From an uncultured Gemmatimonadaceae bacterium (lineage in GTDB: Bacteria > Gemmatimonadota > Gemmatimonadetes > Gemmatimonadales > Gemmatimonadaceae), in contig CAVUDW010000003.1 in the NCBI GenBank assembly GCA_963740355.1, positions 992,001-1,056,000 on the forward strand: a stretch of 64,000 bases of DNA. Direction: 5' to 3'. Below are positions 1 to 10,104 of this stretch, in pieces. Both the position numbers and the translations under genes were made by a program. Numbering within the stretch: position 1 is the first letter of the stretch; each line of letters starts with the position of its first letter. Under the pieces are notes generated by a model, which was not told the origin of the DNA, made no database searches, and saw only the letters and a list, made by a program, of their open reading frames with translations.

Positions 1-425
1 ATGCGACGGTGAAATACAGCATGGCGCCGGGCAGTCGCGTGCTGGGAACGGTCAATGCGACCGTCGGCGACTTCTACACCGGGAGCCGACGCAGTGTCGG
101 TGGCGGCGTCACGTGGCGACTGGCACCGGCACTCGGTCTCGAGACAACCTGGCAGCGCAATGCCATTTCGCTCGCCACCGGTGATTTCGTGGCCAACCTG
201 GCCGGCCTCCGCGTGCGATATGCGTGGTCGACCACCCTGCTCGGCAGCGCATTCGTGCAGTACAACACCCAGACTCGCTCATTCAGCACCAATGCGCGGG
301 TGAACTGGCGCTGGGCACCGCTGAGCGACGTGTTCCTCGTGTACACGGATCGCCGCGATAGCGAATCGTGGGACCGGAATGAGCGTTCGGTGGCCCTCAA
401 GGTCACGCGGATGCTGGCCTTCTGA
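1..425 (+). CDS. 3' end of an outer-membrane beta-barrel protein (DUF5916-like), truncated by the window edge
   Basis: Frame is open from the window start. It has alternating amphipathic beta-strands (NARVNWRWAPLSDVFLVYTD) and a C-terminal Phe (KVTRMLAF). Confidence 0.65.
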   Translation, partial: ATVKYSMAPGSRVLGTVNATVGDFYTGSRRSVGGGVTWRLAPALGLETTWQRNAISLATGDFVANLAGLRVRYAWSTTLLGSAFVQYNTQTRSFSTNARVNWRWAPLSDVFLVYTDRRDSESWDRNERSVALKVTRMLAF

Positions 426-573
426 CGACCGGCCTGCTGACGGCGCGCTAGTAAAGCTGAGCCCGCTGTTGACTGGCTCGACGGGCGCAACCGATGCATG
501 ATCCTGAGGGTACCTTTCCTGTTGCCCTGCAACAGATTCGCGACGGCGCACCCTCCTCTCGACCCACGCACCG

Positions 574-1539
574 ATGCGCTCAACTCCCCGTCGATCCCGC
601 CTGATCCGCGCTGTGCGACTGTCCGTCCTCGGTGTTGCGGTACTTGCGTGTGCGGCCGGCAGTGCGAGCGCCCAGAAGAAGCGGTCAGCACCTCGACGCG
701 TGGCCGCTGGACCAGACACCGCCGCGCTGCAGACCAGGTGCACCGCAGGCAAGAGCGCGTCATGCCTGACCATGGCGTACCTGTTGCTCGAAGGAAAGCC
801 GATCGCTGCCGACACCGCACGCGCGGTCACTTTCATGGAACGGGCTTGCCGCGCTGGGAGCGCCCGCAGCTGCGGGCAGACCGCGTGGATGCTGCGTCAG
901 GGCAAGGGTGTCGCCGCCGATACGAGCAAGGCGTTCACGCTCTACGGCGTCGGCTGCACCGCCGGCGATGCGAAGTCGTGTACGTCACTCGGCTACATGT
1001 ATGAGACCGGTGCCGGTATCACGCGCGACGCGGCGCAAGCAGCGCGCTACTACGATCGCGCCTGCACGGCCGGCGACGCACGTGGTTGCGCGAACCTTGG
1101 CACGCTGACCGACTCTGGCCTCTCGATCGGCACCGACGCCGCGCGTTCGAATGTGCTGCTGACGCGTGCTTGCAAGAAAAAGAATTCCGCCGCCTGCAAC
1201 AACCTCGGGACCAACTTCGAGGCCGGCCGCGGTAGTGCCGCGAATCCGGTGCGGGCAGCGGCGTTGTATGGCAGCGCCTGTCGCGACAATCAGCTCGAGG
1301 CCTGCGTCAATCTCGGCTCGCTGACCGCGACGGGCCGCGGGGTGCGCCGCGATCCGGTGCGGGCCGCCAAGTTCTTCACGCAGGCCTGTGATGGCGACTT
1401 CGCGCCAGGGTGCGTGAATCTGGCGATCGCCCACCGACAGGGCGCCGGTGTGCCGCGCGATTCGGCACGGGCGCTGGAGTTGTTTGCGAAGGCATGCCGA
1501 CTCGACCCGACGTCCTGCCGTCGCCCGAATCGGCCCTGA
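574..1539 (+). CDS. Secreted Sel1-like repeat (Hcp-like, Cys-paired) protein
   Basis: Signal peptide (ASA-Q) followed by about 7 repeats of ~36 aa, ACxxGxxxxCxxLGxxxxxGxGVxxDxxxA. Confidence 0.85.
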   Translation: MRSTPRRSRLIRAVRLSVLGVAVLACAAGSASAQKKRSAPRRVAAGPDTAALQTRCTAGKSASCLTMAYLLLEGKPIAADTARAVTFMERACRAGSARSCGQTAWMLRQGKGVAADTSKAFTLYGVGCTAGDAKSCTSLGYMYETGAGITRDAAQAARYYDRACTAGDARGCANLGTLTDSGLSIGTDAARSNVLLTRACKKKNSAACNNLGTNFEAGRGSAANPVRAAALYGSACRDNQLEACVNLGSLTATGRGVRRDPVRAAKFFTQACDGDFAPGCVNLAIAHRQGAGVPRDSARALELFAKACRLDPTSCRRPNRP

Positions 1540-1562
1540 GCCGGTCGGGTTCCAGGTCCTGA

Positions 1563-1991
1563 TCAGGACGTGGTGGGCTCTTTCCCGTCCCACCACTCGC
1601 CGGGCACATACGTCCCGAAGTACCAGACGTTGTTTTCGGTATCACGCGCCTCGTAGCCACGGCCGCCGTAGCTGACATCCTCGGGAGCACGAGTGATCTT
1701 TGCCCCGGCAGCCGCCGCGCGAGCGTGGTGCGCATCAGCGTCTTCGACGACCACGCTGAGCGTCTGATTGACGCCGGTCAGATCGAGTGGACTGACCCAG
1801 CCCATCTCCGGCCGGGCGCTGCCGACCATCACGACCGAGTTCCGGAAGGTGAGTTCGGAATGTCGCACACCGCCGGTATCGTCCTCGACGACCAGTCGGC
1901 GCTGAAAACCGAACGCTCGTTCCAGGAAATCGATCGCCGCGTGTGCGTCGCGGTAGAACAGCGCTGGGCTGATGAAGCCGATGGCCGACAT
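1563..1991 (-). CDS. VOC/glyoxalase-bleomycin resistance family protein
   Basis: Motifs YRDAHAAIDFLERAFGF, VEDADAHHARA and YGGRGYEARDTENNVWYF. Confidence 0.85.
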   Translation of the reverse strand: MSAIGFISPALFYRDAHAAIDFLERAFGFQRRLVVEDDTGGVRHSELTFRNSVVMVGSARPEMGWVSPLDLTGVNQTLSVVVEDADAHHARAAAAGAKITRAPEDVSYGGRGYEARDTENNVWYFGTYVPGEWWDGKEPTTS

Positions 1992-2234
1992 GAAACGCTC
2001 CGGTAGAGGGGAGTCGGCCGCCTGCGCAGCGCCGCGGCGACTGCAGGGAACGAAGCGCAGGAGGCGCGACTATGTCATGCAGGAAGAGCCGGGAAACTGC
2101 GAGGGCAGGCTGTTGCCACGCGGCGAGGGGTGCCGTTGACCGGCGCCCACCACCGGAATCTTCGCCGCCAGACCGTTCGTCGCACAGGGGCAGGTGCCCT
2201 CGACGCCGCTGGCCAACGCTCAGGAGTGACCTGC

Positions 2235-2819
2235 ATGCCGCAGTCCCGATTCACGCTGTTGATTCTGTCCGCTATCGTTTTCCCGTCCGTCGCGAGTGCG
2301 CAGGCGCGCACCGCCCAGACTGCCACGAGGCCCGCCATGACGACTACGACCACGCCCCGCCCTTTCGTGAAGCCCACCGACGCCGAACTCCGCGCTAAAC
2401 TGACGCCTGAGCAGTATCAGGTCACGCAGCACGAAGGCACCGAGCGCGCGTTCCGCAATGCGTATTGGGACAATCACGAGGCCGGCATCTACGTCGATGT
2501 CGTCTCGGGTGAGGCGCTGTTCAGCTCACTCGACAAGTATGAGTCCGGCACTGGTTGGCCGAGTTTCACCAAGCCGCTCGAGCCGGCGAACATCAAGACC
2601 AAGTCTGACCGACAGTTCTTCATGACGCGCACCGAAGTCCGCAGCAAGAACGCCGACTCACACCTGGGCCACTTGTTTGACGACGGTCCCAAGCCAACCG
2701 GCCAGCGCTACTGCATGAATTCTGCGTCGATGCGCTTCATCCCGGTCGACAAGCTGGAAGCGGAAGGCTACGGACAGTATGTCGCCCTCTTCCGCGGGCA
2801 GTCATCGCCGCACAAGTAG
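2235..2819 (+). CDS. msrB: Peptide-methionine (R)-S-oxide reductase MsrB with N-terminal signal peptide
   Basis: Motifs [24 protein letters not shown] and [16 protein letters not shown] at 2222-2226 precedes ATG 2235. Confidence 0.93.
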   Translation: MPQSRFTLLILSAIVFPSVASAQARTAQTATRPAMTTTTTPRPFVKPTDAELRAKLTPEQYQVTQHEGTERAFRNAYWDNHEAGIYVDVVSGEALFSSLDKYESGTGWPSFTKPLEPANIKTKSDRQFFMTRTEVRSKNADSHLGHLFDDGPKPTGQRYCMNSASMRFIPVDKLEAEGYGQYVALFRGQSSPHK

Positions 2820-2852
2820 TCCAGCGCTGGTTGTCGATCGACGCGATACAGC

Positions 2853-2884
2853 GAAAGGCAGAAAGGCAGAAAGGCAGAAAGGCA
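2853..2884 (+). repeat. Tandem octamer (GAAAGGCA)x4
   Basis: Exact copies at 2853, 2861, 2869 and 2877. Confidence 0.9.
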
Positions 2885-2914
2885 GCGCGGAGAGTCTCCG
2901 CGCTGCCTTTCTGC
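2874..2914. terminator. Perfect 20-bp inverted repeat between convergent genes; probable bidirectional terminator or REP
   Basis: GCAGAAAGGCAGCGCGGAGA (2874-2893) pairs with TCTCCGCGCTGCCTTTCTGC (2895-2914). Confidence 0.7.
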
Positions 2915-2948
2915 TTCCTGCCTGCTTCGTACGGCGTTCGTACCTCGA

Positions 2949-5900
2949 CTACATCGCGATCTTCGGACGATTCGGCTTGATCTCTTCGTTGCTCGGTGTG
3001 AGTTCCGGGAGACCAGCAGCCTTGAGGATCGCATTCAATCGCGGCAGGTGACCATCGAGGCTCTTCTTGATGGCGCCCAGCTGCACCTCCAGCTTCCCGC
3101 TGAGCATCGTGAAGGCCTGCTGCGCCTGCACTGTCGGGCGGTATTCGCCTGAACCCACGGTGCCCGACAACGCCGCGATCTGGTTGTTCAACTTGATCGG
3201 GTAGTTGAGCGGGTCCTGCGAGCTCTGGTTCTTGGTCTGGTACACTTCGCCTTCCGCCGTGCCCAGTTCGGCCATCATTTCGTTGGCCAGTGACTGGAAC
3301 TCGATCGACGGCTGGCCCGTGAGCTTCGGGGCACGATCAGCAACCTGCCAGCGCATGTTGCGCACGGTGCGGACGGCCATGTTGGCATCGGTCGTCCGGT
3401 CGCGGATCGCCAGCAACATCTTGAACTGCGCCTGAAGATCGGCGTCCGTCGCATCGCTGCGCGGATCCTTCTTGATGCGGAACGGATAGGTCTGCACCGT
3501 GTTGCCAGCCGTCATGCGCACCGTGTACGTGCCCGGAGGTGCCATCGGGCCAGTCACTGAACCCGCCCACATGATCATGCCGTCGAAACGTGCGGCATCG
3601 GGATAGCGCATGTTCCAGCCGAAGGTGTTCATGCCGGCCTTGTTCGGCACACGTGCCGGACGCGGTGCGCGCGAGAACAGTTCTTCGAAGTCCACCGCAC
3701 CACCAGCGCCAGGCGCTGCAAAGCGTGCCGTCGCGACCTTGGTGGCGGAGTCACGCGACAGGCCGGCTTTCGTCATCGAATCGATTGCCGTTGCCTTCAG
3801 GCCATCGAGACGAAGCGAGTCGGCCTGCGAGTCCGGATCCTGGTCGCTGGTGAAGCCGGAAATCACCTTCCCTGCCGCGTCCATGAACTCGAACTTCACC
3901 GTCTGGTTCGGATCCTTGAGCCAGTACTGGAAGCGTGCGCCACCAGGCGGGTTAGCGCCAAGCCCGTCGCCGCCGCCTGCCATCTGTGCGAAGAATCCTC
4001 CGCCCCAATCCGTACGCCAGGCGTCACTCGGCTTGAAGAGATGCGCCGAGGAGGCCACGATGCTCGGCGTCACCTGACGCAGCGCATCGATGTTGTCGAG
4101 CACCCAGAAGCCGCGCCCATGTGTGGCGGCGATCAGGTCGTTGTCCTTGATCTTGATGTCGTGCACCGGCACCATCGGCAAGTTGCGCCGCATGGAGGTC
4201 CAGTTCATGCCATCGTCGAAGGAGACGTATGCGCCACGTTCCGTGCCTGCGAACAGGAGGCCGCGACGAACCGGATCCTCGCGCACGACGCGCAGGAAGT
4301 GCTCGTTGTCGATACCGCTGACGATCGACGTCCAGGTCTTGCCGAAGTCGGTGGTCTTGTAGATCAGCGGGCGCTTGTCACCGAGCTGGTAGCGATTCGC
4401 GGCGACATAGGCCGTACCGGCCGAGTAGTGCGAGGGCTCGATGATCGAGATGCGGGTGAAGTCGCCGATGCCGGGCGGCGTCACGTTTTCCCAGGTGCGA
4501 CCGTCATTCTTCGAGACGTGCACCAGACCGTCGTCGGTGCCGACCCACAGCACACCCTGCTGCACCGGCGATTCGTCGAACGCGAAGATCAACGCGTACG
4601 TCTCGACGCCTGTCTGGTCCTTCGTGATCGGGCCGCCCGAGGCTTCCATCGTCTTCGGATCGCGACGCGCCAGTTCCGGCGACACCTCGGTCCAGCTTTC
4701 ACCTTCGTTGGTGGAACGGAAGAGCTTCGAACCCGCGGCGTAGATCACATTCGGGTTATGCCGTGAGAACACGATCGGGAACGTCCACTGGAATCGGACA
4801 GCGATGTCCTTCGACGAGTATCCCATCGGGTTCACGGGATACACGGTGACGTTGCGCTCGAAGCCGGTGCGCATGTCCTTGCGCGTCAGCAGGCCGCCGT
4901 AGCTACCGGCGAAGATGATCCACGGCTTGGTCGGATGCGGCGTGACGTAGCCCGACTCACCACCACCAGCGTCCTTCCAGTCGGAGAGCGCCACGCGACC
5001 GTCGGCGCGGCTCGGGCCGCAGAGCGTGGAGTTGTCCTGCTGCGCACCACAGATCTGGTACGGGTAGTCGTTCGACGCATCGACGTGATACCACTGCGCG
5101 GTCGGGAAGTCTTCGTCGGTCCAGGTCTTGGCACCGTCGGTGCTCACGGTTGCGCCGCCGTCGTTCGCCTCGATCATGCGATTCGGGTCGTTCGGCGCGA
5201 TCCACAGGTCGTGGTTGTCGCCGTGCGGTACACGGATGCTGCCGGGGAAGGTCTTGCCGCCGTCGCGCGAGCGATGGAAGCCAACGTTCAACGCGTAGAT
5301 GACGTTCGTGTCCTTCGGGTCGGCGACGATGTTCGAGTAGTACCAGGCGCGCTGACGAAGCTTGCGATCGCGGTTGATGTAGCTCCACGTCGCGCCCGCA
5401 TCATCGGAGCGATAGACGCCGCCGGAATCGTGCTCGATCACGGCCCAGATACGGCTCGGCTTCACGGGCGAGATGGCGAGGCCGATCTTGCCCATCACAC
5501 CCTTCGGCAGGCCGGGGGCGGTGCGCGAGATGTTGGTCCACGTCACGCCGCCGTCAGTCGACTTGTAGATGCCGCTGCCAGGGCCGCCTGACGACAGCGA
5601 CCACGAGGTGCGGTATGCCTGCCAGGTGGCGGCGTAGAGGATGTCGGGATTCGACGGATCGACCTGGATGTCGATCGCACCAGTCGAGTCATCGACGAAC
5701 AGCACCTTGGTGAAGCTCTTGCCACCGTCGGTGGTCTTGAAGACGCCGCGGGTGTTTCCGGCCTTGAACGGATTGCCGAACACGGCCAGCCAGGCGATGT
5801 CCTTGTTCGTCGGATGGATGCGGATGGCGGCGATGTGTTCTTCGAGGAAGCCGAGTCGCGTCCAGACCTTGCCGCCGTCGGTGGTCTTCCAGAGACCGTC

Positions 5901-6341
5901 GCCACCGGCCGTGTTGCCACGAATGTCGGTCTCGCCACCACCGACCCAGACCACGTCCGCATTCTGCGGATCAACGGCGATCGAGCCGATCGTGCCGCCG
6001 AAGTACTTGTCGCTGGCGGCGGCCCAGTTCAGGCCACCATCGGTGGACTTGAAGACACCGCCACCCGTCGTGCCCATCCAGTATTCGTTGGGGCGCTGGA
6101 CCGAGCCGGCGGCCGCGACGGAACGACCACCGCGGGCCGGTCCGACTTCGCGCCAGCGAAGCATGCTGAAGACCGTGGTATCGAAGGTCAGCGGCCCCGA
6201 CGGGGCCGGCGGTACCACTCGACGGACGGCAGTCGCGGCGGCGGGTTTGGTCGTCTGGGCGTGTGAGGCCGCGGGGAGCAGGCCGAACAGGACCAGTGCG
6301 CCGGCCCATCGGGCGCCGGATCGCGGAAGCGTGAACGTCAC
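2949..6341 (-). CDS. Secreted VPS10/sortilin-like BNR (Asp-box) repeat glycosyl hydrolase-like protein
   Basis: Many S/TxDGGxTW Asp boxes, GPARGGR and a signal peptide. AAGGAG RBS precedes GTG 6341. Confidence 0.85.
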   Translation of the reverse strand: MTFTLPRSGARWAGALVLFGLLPAASHAQTTKPAAATAVRRVVPPAPSGPLTFDTTVFSMLRWREVGPARGGRSVAAAGSVQRPNEYWMGTTGGGVFKSTDGGLNWAAASDKYFGGTIGSIAVDPQNADVVWVGGGETDIRGNTAGGDGLWKTTDGGKVWTRLGFLEEHIAAIRIHPTNKDIAWLAVFGNPFKAGNTRGVFKTTDGGKSFTKVLFVDDSTGAIDIQVDPSNPDILYAATWQAYRTSWSLSSGGPGSGIYKSTDGGVTWTNISRTAPGLPKGVMGKIGLAISPVKPSRIWAVIEHDSGGVYRSDDAGATWSYINRDRKLRQRAWYYSNIVADPKDTNVIYALNVGFHRSRDGGKTFPGSIRVPHGDNHDLWIAPNDPNRMIEANDGGATVSTDGAKTWTDEDFPTAQWYHVDASNDYPYQICGAQQDNSTLCGPSRADGRVALSDWKDAGGGESGYVTPHPTKPWIIFAGSYGGLLTRKDMRTGFERNVTVYPVNPMGYSSKDIAVRFQWTFPIVFSRHNPNVIYAAGSKLFRSTNEGESWTEVSPELARRDPKTMEASGGPITKDQTGVETYALIFAFDESPVQQGVLWVGTDDGLVHVSKNDGRTWENVTPPGIGDFTRISIIEPSHYSAGTAYVAANRYQLGDKRPLIYKTTDFGKTWTSIVSGIDNEHFLRVVREDPVRRGLLFAGTERGAYVSFDDGMNWTSMRRNLPMVPVHDIKIKDNDLIAATHGRGFWVLDNIDALRQVTPSIVASSAHLFKPSDAWRTDWGGGFFAQMAGGGDGLGANPPGGARFQYWLKDPNQTVKFEFMDAAGKVISGFTSDQDPDSQADSLRLDGLKATAIDSMTKAGLSRDSATKVATARFAAPGAGGAVDFEELFSRAPRPARVPNKAGMNTFGWNMRYPDAARFDGMIMWAGSVTGPMAPPGTYTVRMTAGNTVQTYPFRIKKDPRSDATDADLQAQFKMLLAIRDRTTDANMAVRTVRNMRWQVADRAPKLTGQPSIEFQSLANEMMAELGTAEGEVYQTKNQSSQDPLNYPIKLNNQIAALSGTVGSGEYRPTVQAQQAFTMLSGKLEVQLGAIKKSLDGHLPRLNAILKAAGLPELTPSNEEIKPNRPKIAM

Positions 6342-6582
6342 GCGGAAGTCTCCTTGGGTGGGACAGGACTCGGGGGGCGACAGCAGCGCCGCCAATCAGC
6401 AGAAGAACGATGCAAACGCTACGCTCCGCAAGCCGTCAGCGCTGAGGGTTCGCGACGAGGCGTGCGCCCATACCGCGCGCGCGTGGGTGAGTTGGCGTGT
6501 GCCGCGTGAATCTTCATGAATCTTTCACGACTACGTGAGGCGCGCAGGCCAACGGTCCCTTGTGACGCGCGCACGCGGCGAC

Positions 6583-8184
6583 TCAGGGAATGCTGGGTGG
6601 CATCATCCCGGCATCCATTTCTGCCGTTTCGATCGGTGCGACCTTGCCGAGCTTGGCATTGAAGAAGCCAAGCAGCAGCAGTACGACGCCCCATTGCAGC
6701 ACAATCGTGCCGATGTTCTCGACGCCAAACGGATTCAGCGCCTCTGGACCACGGACTTGCCAGAGCCACCACCCCATCAGCGCAATTGCTTCGAGCGGCA
6801 CGAGGATCCGGATCACCCAGTCCCACCAGGCTCCGATCCGGATGTTCGAGTACTGATGGTTGATCTGTTCGGTGCGGAATCTTGTCGGCCCCATGCGGAT
6901 GACGGCCACCGCAAAGAAGAGGCCCGACAGCATCAGGGCGACGCCCCACACCCAGTCCTGGTTGTGCAGCACGTCGATCGAAAATGCCGACGGAAGGCCA
7001 AGCACCAGGCCGAAGGCTCCCACCACCCAGACGGCGCGCCGCCGCGTCCATCCCATGTCGAGCAGCACGCGGGTGCCAAGTTCGACCATCGAGATCAGGG
7101 AGGTGAACGCGGCAAGTGACAGCGCGAGGAAGAACAGCGTCATGAACAGGCCACCCGCTGGAAGCGTGGCAAACAGCTTCGGGATCCAGATGAATGTGAC
7201 GCCCTCGTTGCCTGCACCGAAAATCGTGCGCTGCACCAACCCGGCATCCAGCGTTGCACCGCCACGGATGGCCTGCTGGAGGTCAGGAAAGTCCACCAGC
7301 GCCGCGGGGTTGGTGGCGATGGATGACACCAGCTGCGGTATGACCGTGAACACCGTGCAGAAGACCATCATGCCGGCGCAGAGCGACACCAGGTTGTTGG
7401 CGGCCGGAAGCAGGAACGCATTGAGCGCAGTGTCCTCGTTGTGCCGCATGTACGCGGCGTACGTAAGGATCAGCCCCCAGCCCGCGCCCGTATCCCACGC
7501 ATTCTGCGTCAGTGCCTGCAGCCAGAGCGAGGCGTCAGCCAGCCGATGCCACTCCACACCATAGAAATACGAAAGGCCGGCACCGGCACCTGGCAACATC
7601 AGCGCACGCCCGGTCAGCACCAGGATGATCGCAATCAGGATCGGCATCAGGAGCGAGGTAGTGCGCTCGATCCCCTTCACGCCCTTGGCGACGATCAGCG
7701 TGGCACCGAGAATCGCAATGACATGCGGCAGCACGGGTGCCGTGCTGCCGGAGAAACTGCGCCAGAACGCCACCGAGTTCTCCGCTGTGACCTGCCCCAG
7801 CGCGGAAGCCGCGAAGTAGCGAAAGGTCCACCCGGTCACCACGGAGTAGTACGCCATGATCGCCACTGCGACGAAGGCGATGAACGCGCCCATCCACGCG
7901 GACCGCTTGCCCAGCGTGCGCACGAATGCACCGACCGGCCCGAGCCTGGTCATGCGACCCATCCCGAACTCGATCAGGATGAGCGGGATTGACCAGCTGA
8001 AGAGGCAGATCACCCAGGCCACCAGAAACGCGCCGCCGCCGTTGGTGGCAACGATGCGCGGGAATCGCCAGATGTTACCAGTACCGACCGCCATGCTCAG
8101 CATGGCGAGCATCATGGCCCATCGGGAGGAAAATGCCTTCGAATCGCTCACGTCGGTCACGGGTCGGGGGAGTGGCAGCCCCAA
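6583..8184 (-). CDS. Sodium-dependent transporter, NSS/SNF family
   Basis: AVGTGNIWRFP and GGGAFL motifs with about 12 TM helices. True start may be GTG 8160 or 8151. Confidence 0.9.
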   Translation of the reverse strand: MGLPLPRPVTDVSDSKAFSSRWAMMLAMLSMAVGTGNIWRFPRIVATNGGGAFLVAWVICLFSWSIPLILIEFGMGRMTRLGPVGAFVRTLGKRSAWMGAFIAFVAVAIMAYYSVVTGWTFRYFAASALGQVTAENSVAFWRSFSGSTAPVLPHVIAILGATLIVAKGVKGIERTTSLLMPILIAIILVLTGRALMLPGAGAGLSYFYGVEWHRLADASLWLQALTQNAWDTGAGWGLILTYAAYMRHNEDTALNAFLLPAANNLVSLCAGMMVFCTVFTVIPQLVSSIATNPAALVDFPDLQQAIRGGATLDAGLVQRTIFGAGNEGVTFIWIPKLFATLPAGGLFMTLFFLALSLAAFTSLISMVELGTRVLLDMGWTRRRAVWVVGAFGLVLGLPSAFSIDVLHNQDWVWGVALMLSGLFFAVAVIRMGPTRFRTEQINHQYSNIRIGAWWDWVIRILVPLEAIALMGWWLWQVRGPEALNPFGVENIGTIVLQWGVVLLLLGFFNAKLGKVAPIETAEMDAGMMPPSIP

Positions 8185-8237
8185 GTGTCGCTGGTCTCAC
8201 CGATGGAATCAAGAACCGGTCTCGCGCACGCCGTCCC

Positions 8238-8582
8238 TCACGGTGTATTGGCGTTCCGTCGCGTTTGCGCGCGCTTGCGCCGTGTCCGCGGGGCGGCGGG
8301 GACCACCAGCCCGCGCGCGAGCTTGGCCCTGGGTATTTCCGCGACCTCCTCGCGAATGGCCGCCCTCACCTTTTCAAACACTCGCTTGAACATCCGGTCA
8401 TACTGCGACTCGGTGATGCATCCCTCCTTCACGAGCGCGAGCAAGAGGCCGCGAGCGATGCCAACATCGAACAGCGATGCTGCGGCGCGCGCGCGGCGCT
8501 CCGCGTCCTTCAGGTACGCCGCGGCCTTGGGGGGCAGGGTCTTGCGTTCATCATCAGTCATGCTGCCGGCATATCGGGCCAT
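8238..8582 (-). CDS. Small basic hypothetical protein (114 aa)
   Basis: GAGGAG RBS 7 nt before ATG 8582. Helical, protein-like sequence with an Arg/Lys-rich tail. Confidence 0.55.
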   Translation of the reverse strand: MARYAGSMTDDERKTLPPKAAAYLKDAERRARAAASLFDVGIARGLLLALVKEGCITESQYDRMFKRVFEKVRAAIREEVAEIPRAKLARGLVVPAAPRTRRKRAQTRRNANTP

Positions 8583-8882
8583 GTGAATGCTCCTCGTTGA
8601 GTTGTGGTGCGCCTTGCCCGCGCGGGCGGACGTCAGACGGGTGTATACTGCGCGCGTGCTGCCAGCGTCGGTGCCGGATTGCATGCCGATGCACGCGCAT
8701 GTGTATCGGTGGATCGCTGAACGACGAGTTGCTGCAACCACGGATGGTGCGTGTCTGCCATCAGCAGGATCCGCGTGCTGTGCAGATACCCTGCGAGCGC
8801 CCTGATACCTTTGGCAACCAGCGCCGCGTGCTCGAAATCTTCTCCGCCTTGCTCGCGGAGACCGCCCTGACGTCATCCGCAC

Positions 8883-10097
8883 GTGCCAAAAGACCTGACC
8901 TATATCCTGCTGTTGTTCGCACTGTTCATCGTGCCACGCGCCCTGCAACGCTTTCGGTTGCCGAGCGCGATCAGCAGCTTCCTGTTGGGCGCCGGCGCCT
9001 CCGCGAGCGGGCTCATGACCCAGGACCCAACCCTGAGCCTGCTCGCGACGTTCGGGATCGTGGCGATGTTCCTCACCGCGGGCCTCGAGGTCAACGGCAC
9101 GGAGCTGCGGCAAGGTGCGCGGGTCGTGATCGAACATGCCGGACTGCGGTTGTTGATCGTGCTCGGCGCCGCAACGGTCCTTACGCTCACGACGGAATTC
9201 AGCTTCCGCGTCGGCGCCCTGATCGCCCTCGCCTTGTTCACGCCATCCACCGGGTTCATTCTCGACTCGCTCGACAGCCTGGAATTGAGTCAGCGAGATA
9301 GATTCTGGATCAAGTCGAAGGCGATCGCCACCGAGTTACTGGCCCTCGGGGTGCTCTTCGTCGCGCTGCAATCGACGTCGCTCGAACGCATGGGCATCGC
9401 GACTGCGGCACTGCTGGCGCTCGTACTCGTTCTGCCGCTGCTGTTTCGCTTTTTCGCGGCCCGCATCGCGCCATTTGCGCCGAAGTCCGAGTTTGCCTTC
9501 CTCCTCATGCTGGCAGTGGTGAGCGCGTACATCACACGTGCGCTCGGTGTGTACTACCTGGTCGGTGCATTCATGGTCGGGATCGCGGCGCAAACGTACC
9601 GCACGCGACTACCCGCCATGTCGTCGGAGCGTACGCTGCACGCCGTCGAGGCCTTCGCATCGGTCTTCGCGCCGTTCTATTTCTTCAATGCCGGGCTCCA
9701 CCTGCACGCCGAGGATTTTTCGGGAACGGCGATCGCCCTCGGCGTCGGGCTCGTCATCGTCTGTGTGCCCATGCGCGTGCTGCTGGTGCTGTTGCACCGC
9801 CGACGGTCGCTCGGCGAGAGCGCACGCGGTGGACTGCCAATCGCGATCGCCCTTGCGCCGACGCTCGTCTTTTCACTCGTCATCGCAGAGATACTGCGCG
9901 ATCGATTCGGCATTCCAGACTACCTGTTCGGCTCGCTGATCGTCTATACGGTGATCAACACTGTCCTCCCAGGCTTCCTGCTCGGGCGCGCGGCACCGGA
10001 ACTCGACGTCCTGGCGGAGGTCGGGACGCCGTTGGAGTCGCACTCCTTCCGCGGCGAGGACGCTCCAGCGGCGCAAGACGCCAACTCCACTCACTGA
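8883..10097 (+). CDS. Cation:proton antiporter (CPA2, KefB/NapA-like) without TrkA domain
   Basis: Motifs FGIVAMFLTAGLE, ALFTPSTG, LVGAFMVG and FAPFYFFNAGL; highly hydrophobic. Confidence 0.85.
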   Translation: MPKDLTYILLLFALFIVPRALQRFRLPSAISSFLLGAGASASGLMTQDPTLSLLATFGIVAMFLTAGLEVNGTELRQGARVVIEHAGLRLLIVLGAATVLTLTTEFSFRVGALIALALFTPSTGFILDSLDSLELSQRDRFWIKSKAIATELLALGVLFVALQSTSLERMGIATAALLALVLVLPLLFRFFAARIAPFAPKSEFAFLLMLAVVSAYITRALGVYYLVGAFMVGIAAQTYRTRLPAMSSERTLHAVEAFASVFAPFYFFNAGLHLHAEDFSGTAIALGVGLVIVCVPMRVLLVLLHRRRSLGESARGGLPIAIALAPTLVFSLVIAEILRDRFGIPDYLFGSLIVYTVINTVLPGFLLGRAAPELDVLAEVGTPLESHSFRGEDAPAAQDANSTH

Positions 10098-10104
10098 CGC
10101 ATCC

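Noticed and set aside
8583..9137. 5' part of the 299-aa minus-strand ORF 8238-9137
   Set aside because: It overlaps the antiporter antisense and intergenic DNA. The RBS supports a start at 8582.
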